Below, piece after piece: positions 1-11,806 of a stretch of DNA of 64,000 nt. The notes beneath the pieces are model-generated. The model searched no databases and was not told where the DNA came from. It saw nothing but the letters and a program-made list of their open reading frames with translations. The stretch's first letter is position 1. Every line of letters begins with the position of its first letter. The position numbers were made by a program, and so were the translations under genes. Source of the stretch: Lytechinus pictus (taxonomy: Eukaryota). Location: positions 3,968,001 through 4,032,000 of the forward strand of contig NC_087256.1 of the NCBI RefSeq assembly GCF_037042905.1. The letters run 5' to 3'.

Positions 1-53
1 AAGGTTAAAAAAAAGTGATGAATAAAGGAATAATTCCCCCTCTGTATATTTAC

Positions 54-2482
54 CTGCAGGGGCTGTGGAAGTTTATTCCACTTTTTGTAGCCGTGCTGAG
101 GCATGTCTATCTTCTTCTTCCCTCGTTCTTTCTTGCTCTTTTGATCTTTAGTTTTCTTCTTGCTCTCAGTGTGCCAAGATAAAGGATCTTGAGGGAAACT
201 CTTCCTTGTTGAGACCTGATACACGTTGCCAGAATCCAGGTAGAGATTTGAATCACCGGGCTGATGAATCAACTGTGCACCTGCGGTTTGGTGATGTAAT
301 AATGGGAATAGAATGGAGAGCATGTTATGTTTCAAAGTGAATATATTTAGACAGGATAAAATCATTCATGTTCTTCAATAGTCCACGGTTATGTGATTCC
401 TTTTATAAATTTATTTGTTATATGAATTTATGCCATCCTACGGTAACTTCTACGGAATCCTAGATAATAATTTCCAGTTAAACATTGTTATCATGAAAGG
501 TACCAATTGGCTGGCCGAGTAACTTTAATAGTAATTTCAATGAATGAAGTGAAGGTTTTTGAAATAAAATATGCAAGTATCACTCTGTAGCCTCTACTAC
601 ACATTGTCAAAAGTATACTGTCAGACCATAATACTTAACCTAATACATCTTACAAATGGTGCAGACATAAACTGAATCAATGAAAAGTTCTTCTCTATCT
701 TTCTTCTACTGTCCTAGTGTCCTACATTGCAAAAATTATCAAATGGTTAGAGTTTTTATTTATCCACAAACATAGAAATTTAAGAATGACTGTAAATGTA
801 ATATTTTTATCAAGTTGGACTCTCATCCTCATATGCAAAAACATATTTCAGTTTTAAAGGTGTGATGTAATCAGGGACTTCTAACACCGATAAACAGTAC
901 CTACCAAGCAACCATTCTTGCTCAAATTGGTTGTGTGTATCAAGCATCTTATCACCAATGGCTGGATTCATCACATCCTTGAGAGTAGGAGGTGGCTTGG
1001 GTTTACGACGGAATACTTGGATGTCTTGAGCAGTTGTGTTGATGGCACCTGCAAGAAAACATGCCATCATTAACCAATTTTTAATTCAATATAACGATGT
1101 ACTCAAATGTACAATTGCCCTGTATTTGTAATGACAATGACATAAAGGTTATCTTGATTATGAAATCCTATCTTATACAAACAAGATCATAGTGTCTGAA
1201 TTCCAAAAAAAAGATTGCATATTAGAAAGTTTGCATTCTTTGATCACAATTAGAAAAAGTTCAATGAAAAATAAGATTCTTGTTTCATCTTAAAATATAT
1301 GTAACAAGCAAAATGTGATTGTGGCTGACGTTTGGTGAATAGTAATCAGGAAGCAGGAACAGACAGTATCTTGATTTACACTAATTTACTCGAAAGGTAC
1401 ATAATAAAAATGTCAAGAGATTTAAGAGCTTTTTTTAATTCAATCTAAAAATTAAAAAAAAATTAATTAAATATGAGAGGATTACCGAGACTATCAATGG
1501 CAAGTTGTCTTTGTTTCCGTCTGACTCCACCAGGAAGACGATAGAATGATGCTAAAGGTTGTGTATTGATGTCTTCCTCATCATTTTCATCCTCACCACC
1601 TTCTCCTTCTTTCTTATCCTTGGCACTAGAACTTTTTCTACCCCCAGAAAGCACTGGTTTCTGTTTCTTTGAGGTTCTGCTATCTGCTCTTTGTTCTGTT
1701 GGCTCAGCTAGCCCAGTCTCACTCATGCTGGTGTCATCTCTGATAAGAGTATCAAGCTGTGAAGACTCTCCAAACTTCTCAACGAGAAGCTTGGTTAGTC
1801 TGTCCTTCTGTGGACCTTGAGGTGTTCGCTCGTTGACGATCCATCTAGCTGTCGCTTTGCTAAGGTTCATCAAGACATGAGAATCCCAATTCTGAGATTC
1901 TTTTGTTCTCGTCTTTGAATCATGCTGGGAATCTGTGTTGATCTCTACTTCCTCTTCTAATTCATTCTCTTGCTCTGTTTCAGTGAGGAATGCATTTTTC
2001 CCTTTGAGAACAGTTCCAGCTTCAGACACAATTTCATCATCTCTATCAGGAATTATCTTTTTCTTTTTGGGCTGGAGTGGCTTAAGCTTGTGTTCTGATA
2101 CGGTAGTGATGTGGCAAGGAGCATGTTTCTTTTCGTACCCACGCTGGTTATGCCTTCCAACAGTACCAATCTTTTTCAGTGGTTTCTTCTTCACAATTCC
2201 TTTGGAATCAAAAGTTCCTTTCAGATCTACCTTGTTGTATGGAAGTGTATGAGCTGCATGTTTGCGAATTACGGCTTCACTGAAGAGGAGATCAGCGCTT
2301 ATCTTCTTCACATAGTCATGATGGATTTTACCCTGTGCATCTTGGGTACGAGTTGGAGGTAAACTTTGTGACAGGAAGGAGAATTGGCTTTTGAGTTTTG
2401 ATTCATCAGACCCAACCTGTGGTACCTTTACTCTATCGGCACAGGGGAAGAGAAGTGGCCGAGACAGGCTGTCAGTCTCCAT
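54..2482 (-). CDS. HEATR4: HEAT repeat-containing protein 4-like, N-terminal exons (gene continues beyond the left edge)
   Basis: Exons 2510-1486 (ATG at 2482), 1048-905 and 280-54, all GT-AG and phase-compatible (phase 1). The peptides WDSHVLMNLSKATARWIV, PLASFYRLP, HNQFEQEWLLGAQLIHQPG and GYKKWNKLPQP recall, in the same order, the N-terminal region of vertebrate HEATR4 (recognised from memory, not searched). Confidence 0.75.
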
Positions 2483-4228
2483 CACCAATCCTCAAGCTTT
2501 ACCAAGACTTCTAGATAAAGAAAAGAAAAGCAAATAAGTATTTATAAGTAAAACCATAAACAGTATTTGACCTTTCTTGCACTCAAACCTTTTACTAGTT
2601 TACTGCAGGAATTAACAATACAATAAAAACTAAACTTACAATTTTAGTGAAAACCTGAATTTCATGAGAACAAGGATAACCAAGGATACCAAGAAAAAAT
2701 ATCAAAGAAAAGCGGGTAAAAACAGCAAAAGATAAAGAAAGAAGACAAAAAGAAAAGACAAGGTCAGGGAAGAAAAAAAATAAAATAAAATACAGATCTT
2801 GTTATAGAAAAACAATGCCACCATTTCTGGGGTCTACATGTATATGATAAGTTGCCCAAAGTCTGCACATACACGTATCTGCGCCATTCTAATAAAAGAA
2901 GATACACAATGATTGCAAACTTTACACCTGAAATACATACAGATATTCATTAAAAAATCTGACTCAAAATGGTGGAGAAATATTGAATTTCAGGCATATC
3001 ATGTGACGGCCTCAAATTGCAGCTTTTCTCATTGAAAACCCTGAATCATGGGGCATCATCTTTTTGTTCAATCTGAAAATGACTAGCCAAAATATTTTCT
3101 TTGAAAATCGTATATTTCTCTCAACTTTTTATGACATTTTTTGCACACTTACTCATAAGAATATAAAGAACATTAATTGAAAATTTTTGTGGAATAAAAA
3201 ATAAATTCATGTTTAATCTTAAGTTAAATTTTGGTGCACAAACCTAACTTTAACTTTGCCCCCCCCCCCTTTATACAGTATTGATATTTTTTTAATCAGT
3301 TGAATTACACATAAATTAAAACAAAAGTCAAAGAAATAAAAGAAAAGATTGTGTAATTGTAAATTAGAATAGATCTAATTTCCTGCAGCCTTCAATCTAG
3401 CAACAAGCTGAACACCAACGAAACGTCAACTTCAAATCTTCACAACCAATGCCATGGAAAATAAGTGGATGAACAATTGAATGATGAATGAATGAGAAAA
3501 GTTAGTATTAAAGACTCAAAAGTCAAATCCACTAACATTAATATTTAATAACAGCTGCACCTTCTACTTTTTTGCATTGCATTAGACTAGCCTAGGGCCT
3601 AGACAAAACACTAATCTATACGTAGGGTGTCTGAAGCCACACTGAAAAGTGTCGGCATAAAACAGGCTGATTTAGGGGAAAATATGGCACATTTTTTCGG
3701 GGAAGTTCAGGCTACTAGAAAAATGTGATCTGAATTGATTATCAACTTGTGTTTGGCATGTATGGAAAGAGAAAATTCAGGGGCTTCTTTTGACAGTAAG
3801 GACAAGTTTATATGATCATTTTAAATAAGGATTTAGAGATAAATTGCAAACCCTTATTTTTGTGTGTGGTGAGATTGCCATTTCTCCATGCGTTTTCTAT
3901 GGGAAAATGAAATTTCTGTTTTGCACAATTTTTTCACTTTGTCGCAATTTTTCATTGTGATCTGGTTTCCAAATCTTTATAAAAATCATACCATCAGATA
4001 GAGCATAAAAACTCCTATTGGACTCTTTATGGACAAGTTTTTGGCATTAATAATAAATTTATAACAGCTCTCGGAAGCTAAAAATTTGGATTTGTGTGTG
4101 TCCATTTCTTAACTAGGGCCTACAGTCTATGGCAGAGAAATGCTGAAAATTGACCTAATTTCATTCTTCTTTTTTGCAGCCAATAATTGGATTTTTTTCA
4201 AAAATGTTACATTTCTGTCAGTCTGAAG

Positions 4229-5107
4229 CACTCCTAGTACCAATGAGGTCCAAACATTAACATGTATGGACCTCATAGGCGACAATGCGTTAAAAACAGG
4301 TTAGAACTTCTAAACGTACTGTTTCCTGCACCCAAGTATGATATTACTCCCAAAATATGAGTTTTGTCCTCGTTTGTTTATCATTTATTAAAAGATTGCC
4401 CATTAAATATATTCCTATTCCTAATTTGAATTTAATAAAATAAAGGGAAACTTACATTTGAGTCATTTTTCGATCTTTTTTTGGCAGTCAGTCCGGTCAC
4501 CGTCGAGTGCGATCAAAGCGGTATGAAGCTGATTTTCAGATCACGTGATACGTGTGGTCATCACCTGATCAATCGACTATCCTTTTTTAAAGACCGCAAC
4601 AATTATAAATTTTATTATAAAATATATATAGAATGAATAATTGCATGATATTATATATATTTCTACAATTAAAAATATTTTGTGATATGAATTTAATATT
4701 TGACGTAAAAATCGCTATTTAACAAAATATTTATTTAAAATAAAAAATCAAACAAAATAAAAACGCCTTGGACACAGTGCAAAAAACCTAACAATTTGGC
4801 CGCGTTCTTAACAACTATCGTAAGGGGCGCTCTATTTATAAATAAAGTTGCATATGTAGTTGTCTACCGCGACAGGAACAGCCGCAGAATTGAAGCCAGA
4901 AGCGTGGGAAATTGCCAGAAAATTCAAGAAAAGAACCGGTGAGTACCGATTTAACAGTACTAATTTATTAAGTAACATTTATTGAATCATTACAAGATTT
5001 ATTTTTTAGTAAAACAAAGCTTAGTTCTAAGCTAGGGCGGCCCAAATGCGCGTGAGTGGAGTCCCAGTTTATTAGCACGGGTAAGTATTGGGGTGTCGCC
5101 TAGAGTG
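4229..5107 (+). mobile_element. 879-bp non-autonomous element, copy A (CACTC...GAGTG ends, 8-bp TSD)
   Basis: TSD GTCTGAAG at 4221-4228 and 5108-5115; homologous along its length to copy B. Confidence 0.85.
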
Positions 5108-5156
5108 GTCTGAAGGTCGTTTCTCTTCAAATTCAGAAAGAAAATGTGATATTTTC

Positions 5157-6033
5157 CACTCTAGGCGACACCCCAATACTTACCCGTGCTAATAAACTGG
5201 GACTCCACTCACGCGCGTTTGGGCCTCCCTAGCTTAGAACTAAGCACTAATTTCACCTTAAAAACTAAATCTACAAGGTATGTATAATCTATTTATAAAT
5301 TTAATAATGTTTAATCGGTACTCACCGGTTCTTTTGTTGCATTTTCAGACCATTTCTCACAATTCTTCGTAAATATTTGCGGCAAATTTTGTCGCCATAG
5401 ACAGCTTAGCGTCCATCTTTATTGATAAATGGAGCGCCCTTTACGATAGTTGTTAATGCCGCGGAGAAATCGTTAGGCATTTTGGCCTGTGTTCAAGGCG
5501 TTCTTTCTGTTTTATTTTTATATTGAAGATTGTGCATTTGTTGAATAGCGCCGTCTACGTCAGGTATGAGATCGAATGTATAAATACACTCTTCCAAAAT
5601 AATTATGATTCCGACCTGGCGCTGTTTAACTTCAATCTCTTTCACCTAAATTAGCGATGAATGCTAGCATTATAAAATATATATTATTAACGTCTGACGA
5701 AAAGAATAACCAACCGATCAGCTGACGAGAACGCGAATCACGTGATCTTCATATCAGCTTCGATCGCGAGTCAGAAGAGAGGAGCAGTTGCCCAGAAAAT
5801 CAGGAAAAAGCCGTGAAAATGTAAGTTCCCCTTCATTTCTTTCAATTTTTTTTATTGCTAACAATGTATTCAATTAGTGAGATCGAAATGTAATGATTAG
5901 ACAGTACGATAGCTTGTAGTTTTGATAAAATACAAAAATAATCATCTTCACAAAGATTTCTGACACAAAATACTACTGATGTCGCCTATGAGGTCCATAC
6001 ATGTAATGTTGGACCTCATTGGTACTAGGAGTG
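5157..6033 (-). mobile_element. 877-bp non-autonomous element, copy B (diverged relative of copy A, opposite orientation)
   Basis: TSD ATATTTTC at 5149-5156 and 6034-6041; ends near-identical to copy A. Confidence 0.85.
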
Positions 6034-6541
6034 ATATTTTCTTGAAATAAGAAAAAAAAAAATTTCTCCAGACACCCTACTATACGCCCGAATTGGGCGA
6101 GGTGATTACACAGGCATGCCCGCACTAACACACTACCGTCGGTGAATGGGGATTATAGTAAAGAATTTTCAGAATGTCACTTATTGTCAGAAATTGTTAA
6201 ATAAATCCCCAGAAACGACGGTTATCCGAACCCTTTTCACTCCTAACATCATTCTGAATGTGTGGGACTCGGCAAATCAGGACGCTGACAGTGACAGTGA
6301 TGCAGACAAATGCAACATTTTAACGCGTGTGAAAACCTATTGATGAATAGATCGACAGAATACTACAAACTCTACCATTAATTTCCCATCCTGATTAGAT
6401 ATTACCGATATGATACCGAGAAATTCATAAATAAACTCACCGAATTATGTCTGTTTGCGTCTTGTTTCCATGGACAAATTTTGAATGTAGGAGAAAGAAA
6501 TACCGTGATTTGAGACCGATAGTACGGTATCTCTGAGGTAT

Positions 6542-7124
6542 AGACCTTATCGCAAATAGCGTCTGTCGCGTGAGGGCGTCTGTCATCGCAGAGGATCACG
6601 GGATGCGAAAGGGGGCAAACGCGGAATCGGCTTTCGGGAAGCCATACAACGCCATATGTTTTGTGTAGTGTCACTCAAAATCCAGGCTTTTTTTAAGTCT
6701 GATTTCTTCGTATTTAAATTATTTTGGATACTTGAATGTAGATTTATAGAACAATCTTTGTATCATGATTGCCCAGTGAAAGTATGAACTCAATACTCAC
6801 CGTATTTTCGAAGTTTTCTGGGGCTAAACTTGGGAAGATTTTGTGGGAAAAGTGAGACGGTGATTGCGGGTCATTGCCGATCGTCTTTAGAAAAGAGCAC
6901 GTCGATCGGTGATCCAAATTAGATAGCATATTTTTCCATTAAAGAATATTCATGAGAAACATAATGTAGACCATATATCTCCATATAAATTTAGCTAGCC
7001 AAGTTTTTTGTTATTTTGGGGGAAATATAGTCCTTTTTTTGCAAGTCGGGCTGTTTAGTTTGATCATACAATTTCTATATAGGGGCCGGGTGCATGAGAC
7101 AAATCTAAAGCCAAAAATAAGCTA

Positions 7125-7206
<82 letters not shown>

Positions 7207-8282
7207 CATAATAATAGGCCTATGACATGCAGAATACTATAAATCTGAATTTATTTAAATTTAAAACATTTTAAGTTTTAATAAAATTAAAAACATTTTA
7301 TGATCCCGTATAGGCCCTATCCCTCAAACCTCTGTAATTTTATTTTGTCTGAAACTGGATATTTAATTCATATAAATGATATATATTCCATTCATTTGAA
7401 ATAAATCTTATTTCAACATTTACATATTCAATTAATTTCATCGCATTCAGTCATTTCTCTTTCAGATCACCTTCCTCATTAAATTCTTTTTTCTTTTTTT
7501 TGTGCTTATTTTTCTATCAATATACTTTCATCTATTCTCATTTTTTTGTTATATTTCATTCATTATTTTGTCTATGCATGCCACTTATAAAACTTCAGAA
7601 TGTCCGACCACGATCCTGAATAATTTGCAATAATATTATGTAGCCTATCTGTGGAGAGAAAAAGAAAACACAGCTCGGTTTATAGGCCTACTCTGAATAA
7701 AATCATGATTGAGATAATTATTTATGAAACATGTATTCTTGACTATCGATTGATATTACAAAAATATAACACTAGAATAAAGTAATAAAATCTACTGCAG
7801 AGTTTGTTTTATTGATCATCATTTTATTATTGCTTGGAATTCTGGGACCAGTTTCCTCCACTGCCTCGCCGACGTACCCCTTGGGCGAGAGTGCATGCCC
7901 GCTGTCCGTGCATACAATTCAAAGCACACAGCAGCTGCACAGCTCAAAATACGCACAGACAGTGCGCGAAAATGAAAGAAAATTGCACTTGTTTTCATAA
8001 AATCTGTGGTAATTCTTGCAGCTATAGACGGCACATATATCTCTGCCACCTATGATTAAGAAGAAAAGTAATGTTAGACTCTGGAACAAATATGACGAGG
8101 CGTTTACTGGAAGTTAGCTAAATGTTGGCTGCGGGCGTCGATCGTATTTTGATACACTATGGAAATCGTACACTTTATTGTCGGCTGCTTGCGCTCGCAT
8201 GGTCGCATCCGGACAACAGCGGCGCTATTGCCCCCTTTGCGATCCCATGATCCTTTGCGTGAATCTATTTGCGATAAGGTCT
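6542..8282. mobile_element. Non-autonomous DNA transposon, AGACC...GGTCT TIRs, AT TSD (ISL2EU/PHIS-like)
   Basis: AGACCTTATCGCAAATAG at 6542 and CTATTTGCGATAAGGTCT ending at 8282; subterminal inverted match (GGATCACGGGATGCGAAAGGGGGCAA versus TTGCCCCCTTTGCGATCCCATGATCC); AT on both flanks. No transposase ORF seen. Confidence 0.7.
7126..7205. repeat. (TA)n microsatellite
   Basis: Direct read. Confidence 0.95.
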
Positions 8283-8557
8283 ATCAAACAAATTTCGACA
8301 AAATGATTTCAAGTAAACATGTGGGTAAGGTGCGTGGAGAGTAGTCTGCAGGCACAGACCCTGATTGGAACTTTGATCATCAAGTGTGCCTCCACGCAAA
8401 GACTAGCACATACAAAACTTGCTGTTCCAATACAGCGAGAGAGCCTTCAGTACACAAGGCATAAGTAGGCTGCACATTCAGACCCTAAAACTCCAGTGAA
8501 ATTGGGTTTGCCCAGCAGACTACGTGGAGAGTGCATGCTTTCTTTTTATATTATAAC

Positions 8558-9094
8558 CCCGGGGGGGGGCACTCGACCAAAAAAGTGGTAGGGGTGTGCC
8601 GCGGGCGAGGCAAAAAACGGGGGCCTTGGAGCGGGCTTATTTTAAAAAGGAGGGTCCTCGGAACGGGCTTCGGAACTACAAATGTTTGTGAAAACGGGGG
8701 TCCTCGGAACGGATCTCCGTATCTCTGTGAGTGCGTATGCATCCCTATGGAACGGGCAATCGTGCATAACGCAGCTAGTGCGGCCTCCGCCGGGTGCGCT
8801 CGCGCTCAGGCGATGGTCGAAAAGCGCTCTACGGCCGCTTTTCACCAAAATTGTAGCAGATCAATGCGACCGGAACGGCGTAACGAAAAATATGCGAAGC
8901 TTTGGAACGGATTTCTTTCTTCTTTTTTTCTCGATAAGAAGGAAATGCTATGCCTTGGAGCGGCTTTCTTTGTTCTTTTTCTCAATAAGACAAAAATGCT
9001 ATGCCTTGGAACGGAAATTTGAGTGTAAAAATGGGGGTCCCCTCCGCGGCACATACCCACTATGCATTATATACTGAGTGCCCCCCCCCCCGGG
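8558..9094. mobile_element. MITE with CCCGGG(G)nCACTC TIRs
   Basis: CCCG(G)nCACTC ... GAGTG(C)nGGG; inner inverted match TGTGCCGCGG/CCGCGGCACA; internal GGAACGG repeats. Confidence 0.75.
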
Positions 9095-9251
9095 ATTATA
9101 ACTTTCATTCAGTTCCATTAATCACTTTGAGCAATGGCATATGATTTTGGGGGTTTACATAACTAGTGAAACATACCTTTGTGAATATTGGTTGGTTTAA
9201 TTGGCTTTTTTTACATTTTATGAATGAATATCCGCCTGTACTATGAATATG

Positions 9252-9851
9252 CGGGACAAGTCCACCCTAACAAAAAGTTGACTTGAATAAAAAGAAAAAA
9301 AAAATCCAACCTGGATAACGCAAAAAAAAATCATCAAAATCAGATGTAAAATAAGTTTTTAGTTTTAGCTTAACTTCACAAAACAGTTAGGCTATATGCA
9401 AATGAGGGGACTGATGACATCACTCACGACTCTATTTCTTTTGTATTTTATTATACGAAATATGAAATATTCTAATTTTCTGCTCATTGTCCTGTAAAAC
9501 AAACTTTTATTTCTTACTAAACATGATGTGGCATTACCATCATTTAACATGTTATGGTTCAGTCAAGTTGGTACTTATTGCCTAACATGTAAAAATTGAA
9601 ATATTGTATAATTCAAACAATTAAAAAAAAAAAAATAGTGAGTGAGTGAGAGACATAATTGGTTATCTCATTTGCATGCATGAGTTGTGACTAAAATGTG
9701 CATATAACTATTTTGTGAAAATAAGCGAAACTTAAAAATGTCATAACTTTCTTATTTTACATCCGATTTTCATGAAATTTGGCAGCATTATGCATTTGAT
9801 TTTTCTCTATTTATTCAAATCAACATTTTTTGGAGGTGGACTTGACCTTAA
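9252..9851. mobile_element. Kolobok-like MITE (GGACAAGTCCACCC family), degenerate left end
   Basis: Same sequence family as 14046-14649 and 37319-37918. Confidence 0.75.
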
Positions 9852-10589
9852 AATACGATGATTTCTGTACAACTTTCTGTCTTATGATCAGTCTTTATAA
9901 ATGGTATTTTGTTTGATTTATTTCATAACATTTGCAATGTACCATCATTTGCATGTCGCTTGTATGATTTGAACTAAATGGATTTACTAAATACTATTTT
10001 TCATATTTGTGTATATTTATTGTTAAAGCCATTGGAAACCAAATTTTCGGGACAGCTGTGACCAATAAAAGAATCTTACAAAACAAAAAAGTAAACGTCG
10101 ACCAAGGGGTGGTAAAAGGGTGATTTTTTTATAGGGGGCTATTTCAATTTCAATTTACTTTATTTCATTTTCAACAGAACAAAGTAATGTGGTCGAAATA
10201 ATTACAATGAACTTATACAGACAAAATAAATTGAGGCATGTACAAAATATGATATTTATCTATAAGTAAAAGTAAAACAAAAGAGAGTATTATATATAAG
10301 CAAAATATCAGAAACATTATAAAATGAAATTCTGAGAAAATGAGGGATCCACTAAAAAGCAGTGCTTGTATTGTGTGACCCCTCAAAGGCTAGACGCCTC
10401 AAAGATGACGACATTGAATTGCCAGGCCCACCATACATCTCTCTTTTCTTCCCCTCGAGCTAGCCCATTTCTTTTTTTTTTTGTTCTCTGTTATTCTTTT
10501 ATTAATTGAAAAGTTATAGGCGAGACGGTCACCATTAGCTGTCCCAGTGTAGCGCCCGCCGCCCACGATGATGAGTGGAAGATAGTCTC

Positions 10590-10848
10590 CCAGGGGGGGG
10601 GGGGGCAGTCAAATATATTGCTGTACACACGCGTGACCAAAAAAAAAACGCGTTAAGGGTATCAAAAACACCGATTTTTTTTTTTTAAAGGGGTAGTTTT
10701 GAAAGACTGGTCAATGGTCAATCGCAGGGTCAAACGTATTTAGGGTATGTTTTTTCCCAAGCTTTCGTTAAAGGGGGTGTTTTGAAATAATTTGGCCACG
10801 CGTGTGTATATACAGCAATTTGACTGCCTTCCCCCCGGCCCCTCCGGG
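10590..10848. mobile_element. MITE with (G)nCAGTCAAAT TIRs
   Basis: GGCAGTCAAATATATTGCTGTACACACGCGTGACCAA inverted to TTGGCCACGCGTGTGTATATACAGCAATTTGACTGCC. Confidence 0.7.
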
Positions 10849-11387
10849 ATAGTCTAATGATCACGAATTGTTTGATGCAGGCGTAATACTTATCCTTAAT
10901 TCAATTAGCATCAATGTTTAAAAAGGGGTAGTTTTGAAAGACTGGTCAATGGTCAATCGCAGGGTCAAACGTATTTAGGGTATGTTTTTTCCCAAGCTTT
11001 CGTTAAAGGGGGTGTTTTGAAATAATTTGGCCACGCGTGTGTATATACAGCAATTTGACTGCCTTCCCCCCGGCCCCTCCGGGATAGTCTAATGATCACG
11101 AATTGTTTGATGCAGGCGTAATACTTATCCTTAATTCAATTAGCATCAATGTTTAAAAAGGGGTAGTTTTGAAAGACTGGTCAATGGTCAATCGCAGGGT
11201 CAAACGTATTTAGGGTATGTTTTTTCCCAAGCTTTCGTTAAAGGGGGTGTTTTGAAATAATTTGGCCACGCGTGTGTATATACAGCAATTTGACTGCCTT
11301 CCCCCCGGCCCCTCCGGGATAGTCTAATGATCACGAATTGTTTGATGCAGGCGTAATACTTATCCTTAATTCAATTAGCATCAATGT
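10685..11387. repeat. Tandem triplication, 235-bp unit
   Basis: GGGTAGTTTTGAAAGACTGG at 10691, 10926 and 11161; units appear identical. Confidence 0.9.
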
Positions 11388-11465
11388 AGAGGGATGACTT
11401 TACCTCATTATATAAAGCAGTCGTTTAACTCTATTTTTATAGTGATTACCCAAAACAACTAAGGC

Positions 11466-11600
11466 CAGTGGCGTACCTAGGATTTTCCACAGGGGGGGCA
11501 AAATCGGCCGCCAAAAAATTTGACAAGCAAAAAAAAAAAAAAAAAAAAAAAAAGGTCTTCAATAAAAATATAGGTTTTCGTTCCAAAAAAAGATTTGACA

Positions 11601-11634
<34 letters not shown>

Positions 11635-11782
11635 TCTTCAAGCTTCAAGCTCATCAGGGGGGGGGGGGGCAAAAGAGGTCTTTTGTGCTCGTCAGGGGGG
11701 GCAGGTATATGTCTTTTGTATGGGTTGTGGCTCGTCAGGGGGGGCAGAGTGCCCCCCCTGCCCCCCCGTAGGTACGCTAGTG
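11466..11782. mobile_element. hAT-type MITE (CAGTGGCGTACCTA TIR)
   Basis: 8-bp TSD ACTAAGGC at 11458-11465 and 11783-11790. Confidence 0.85.
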
Positions 11783-11806
11783 ACTAAGGCCTAAACAGAT
11801 AGTGCA

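Larger units (their letters stand above)
3623..6079. mobile_element. Non-autonomous DNA transposon (TAGGGTGTCTG TIRs, hAT-like), ~685 bp host carrying two nested insertions
   Basis: TAGGGTGTCTG at 3623 and CAGACACCCTA ending at 6079, flanked by the direct repeat CTATACG (3616-3622, 6080-6086). Confidence 0.75.

Noticed and set aside
4229-6033. A single foldback or MuDR-like element with ~880-bp TIRs
   Set aside because: Each arm has its own distinct 8-bp TSD, which indicates two insertions.
4229-6033. RAG-like/Transib transposon because of CAC-starting asymmetric ends
   Set aside because: The TSD is 8 bp rather than 5 bp, there is no RSS-like heptamer/nonamer match, and no RAG-like coding sequence is present.
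8531-9077. Overlapping ORFs of 131-163 aa
   Set aside because: They lie within a GC-rich MITE and show no recognisable protein motifs.
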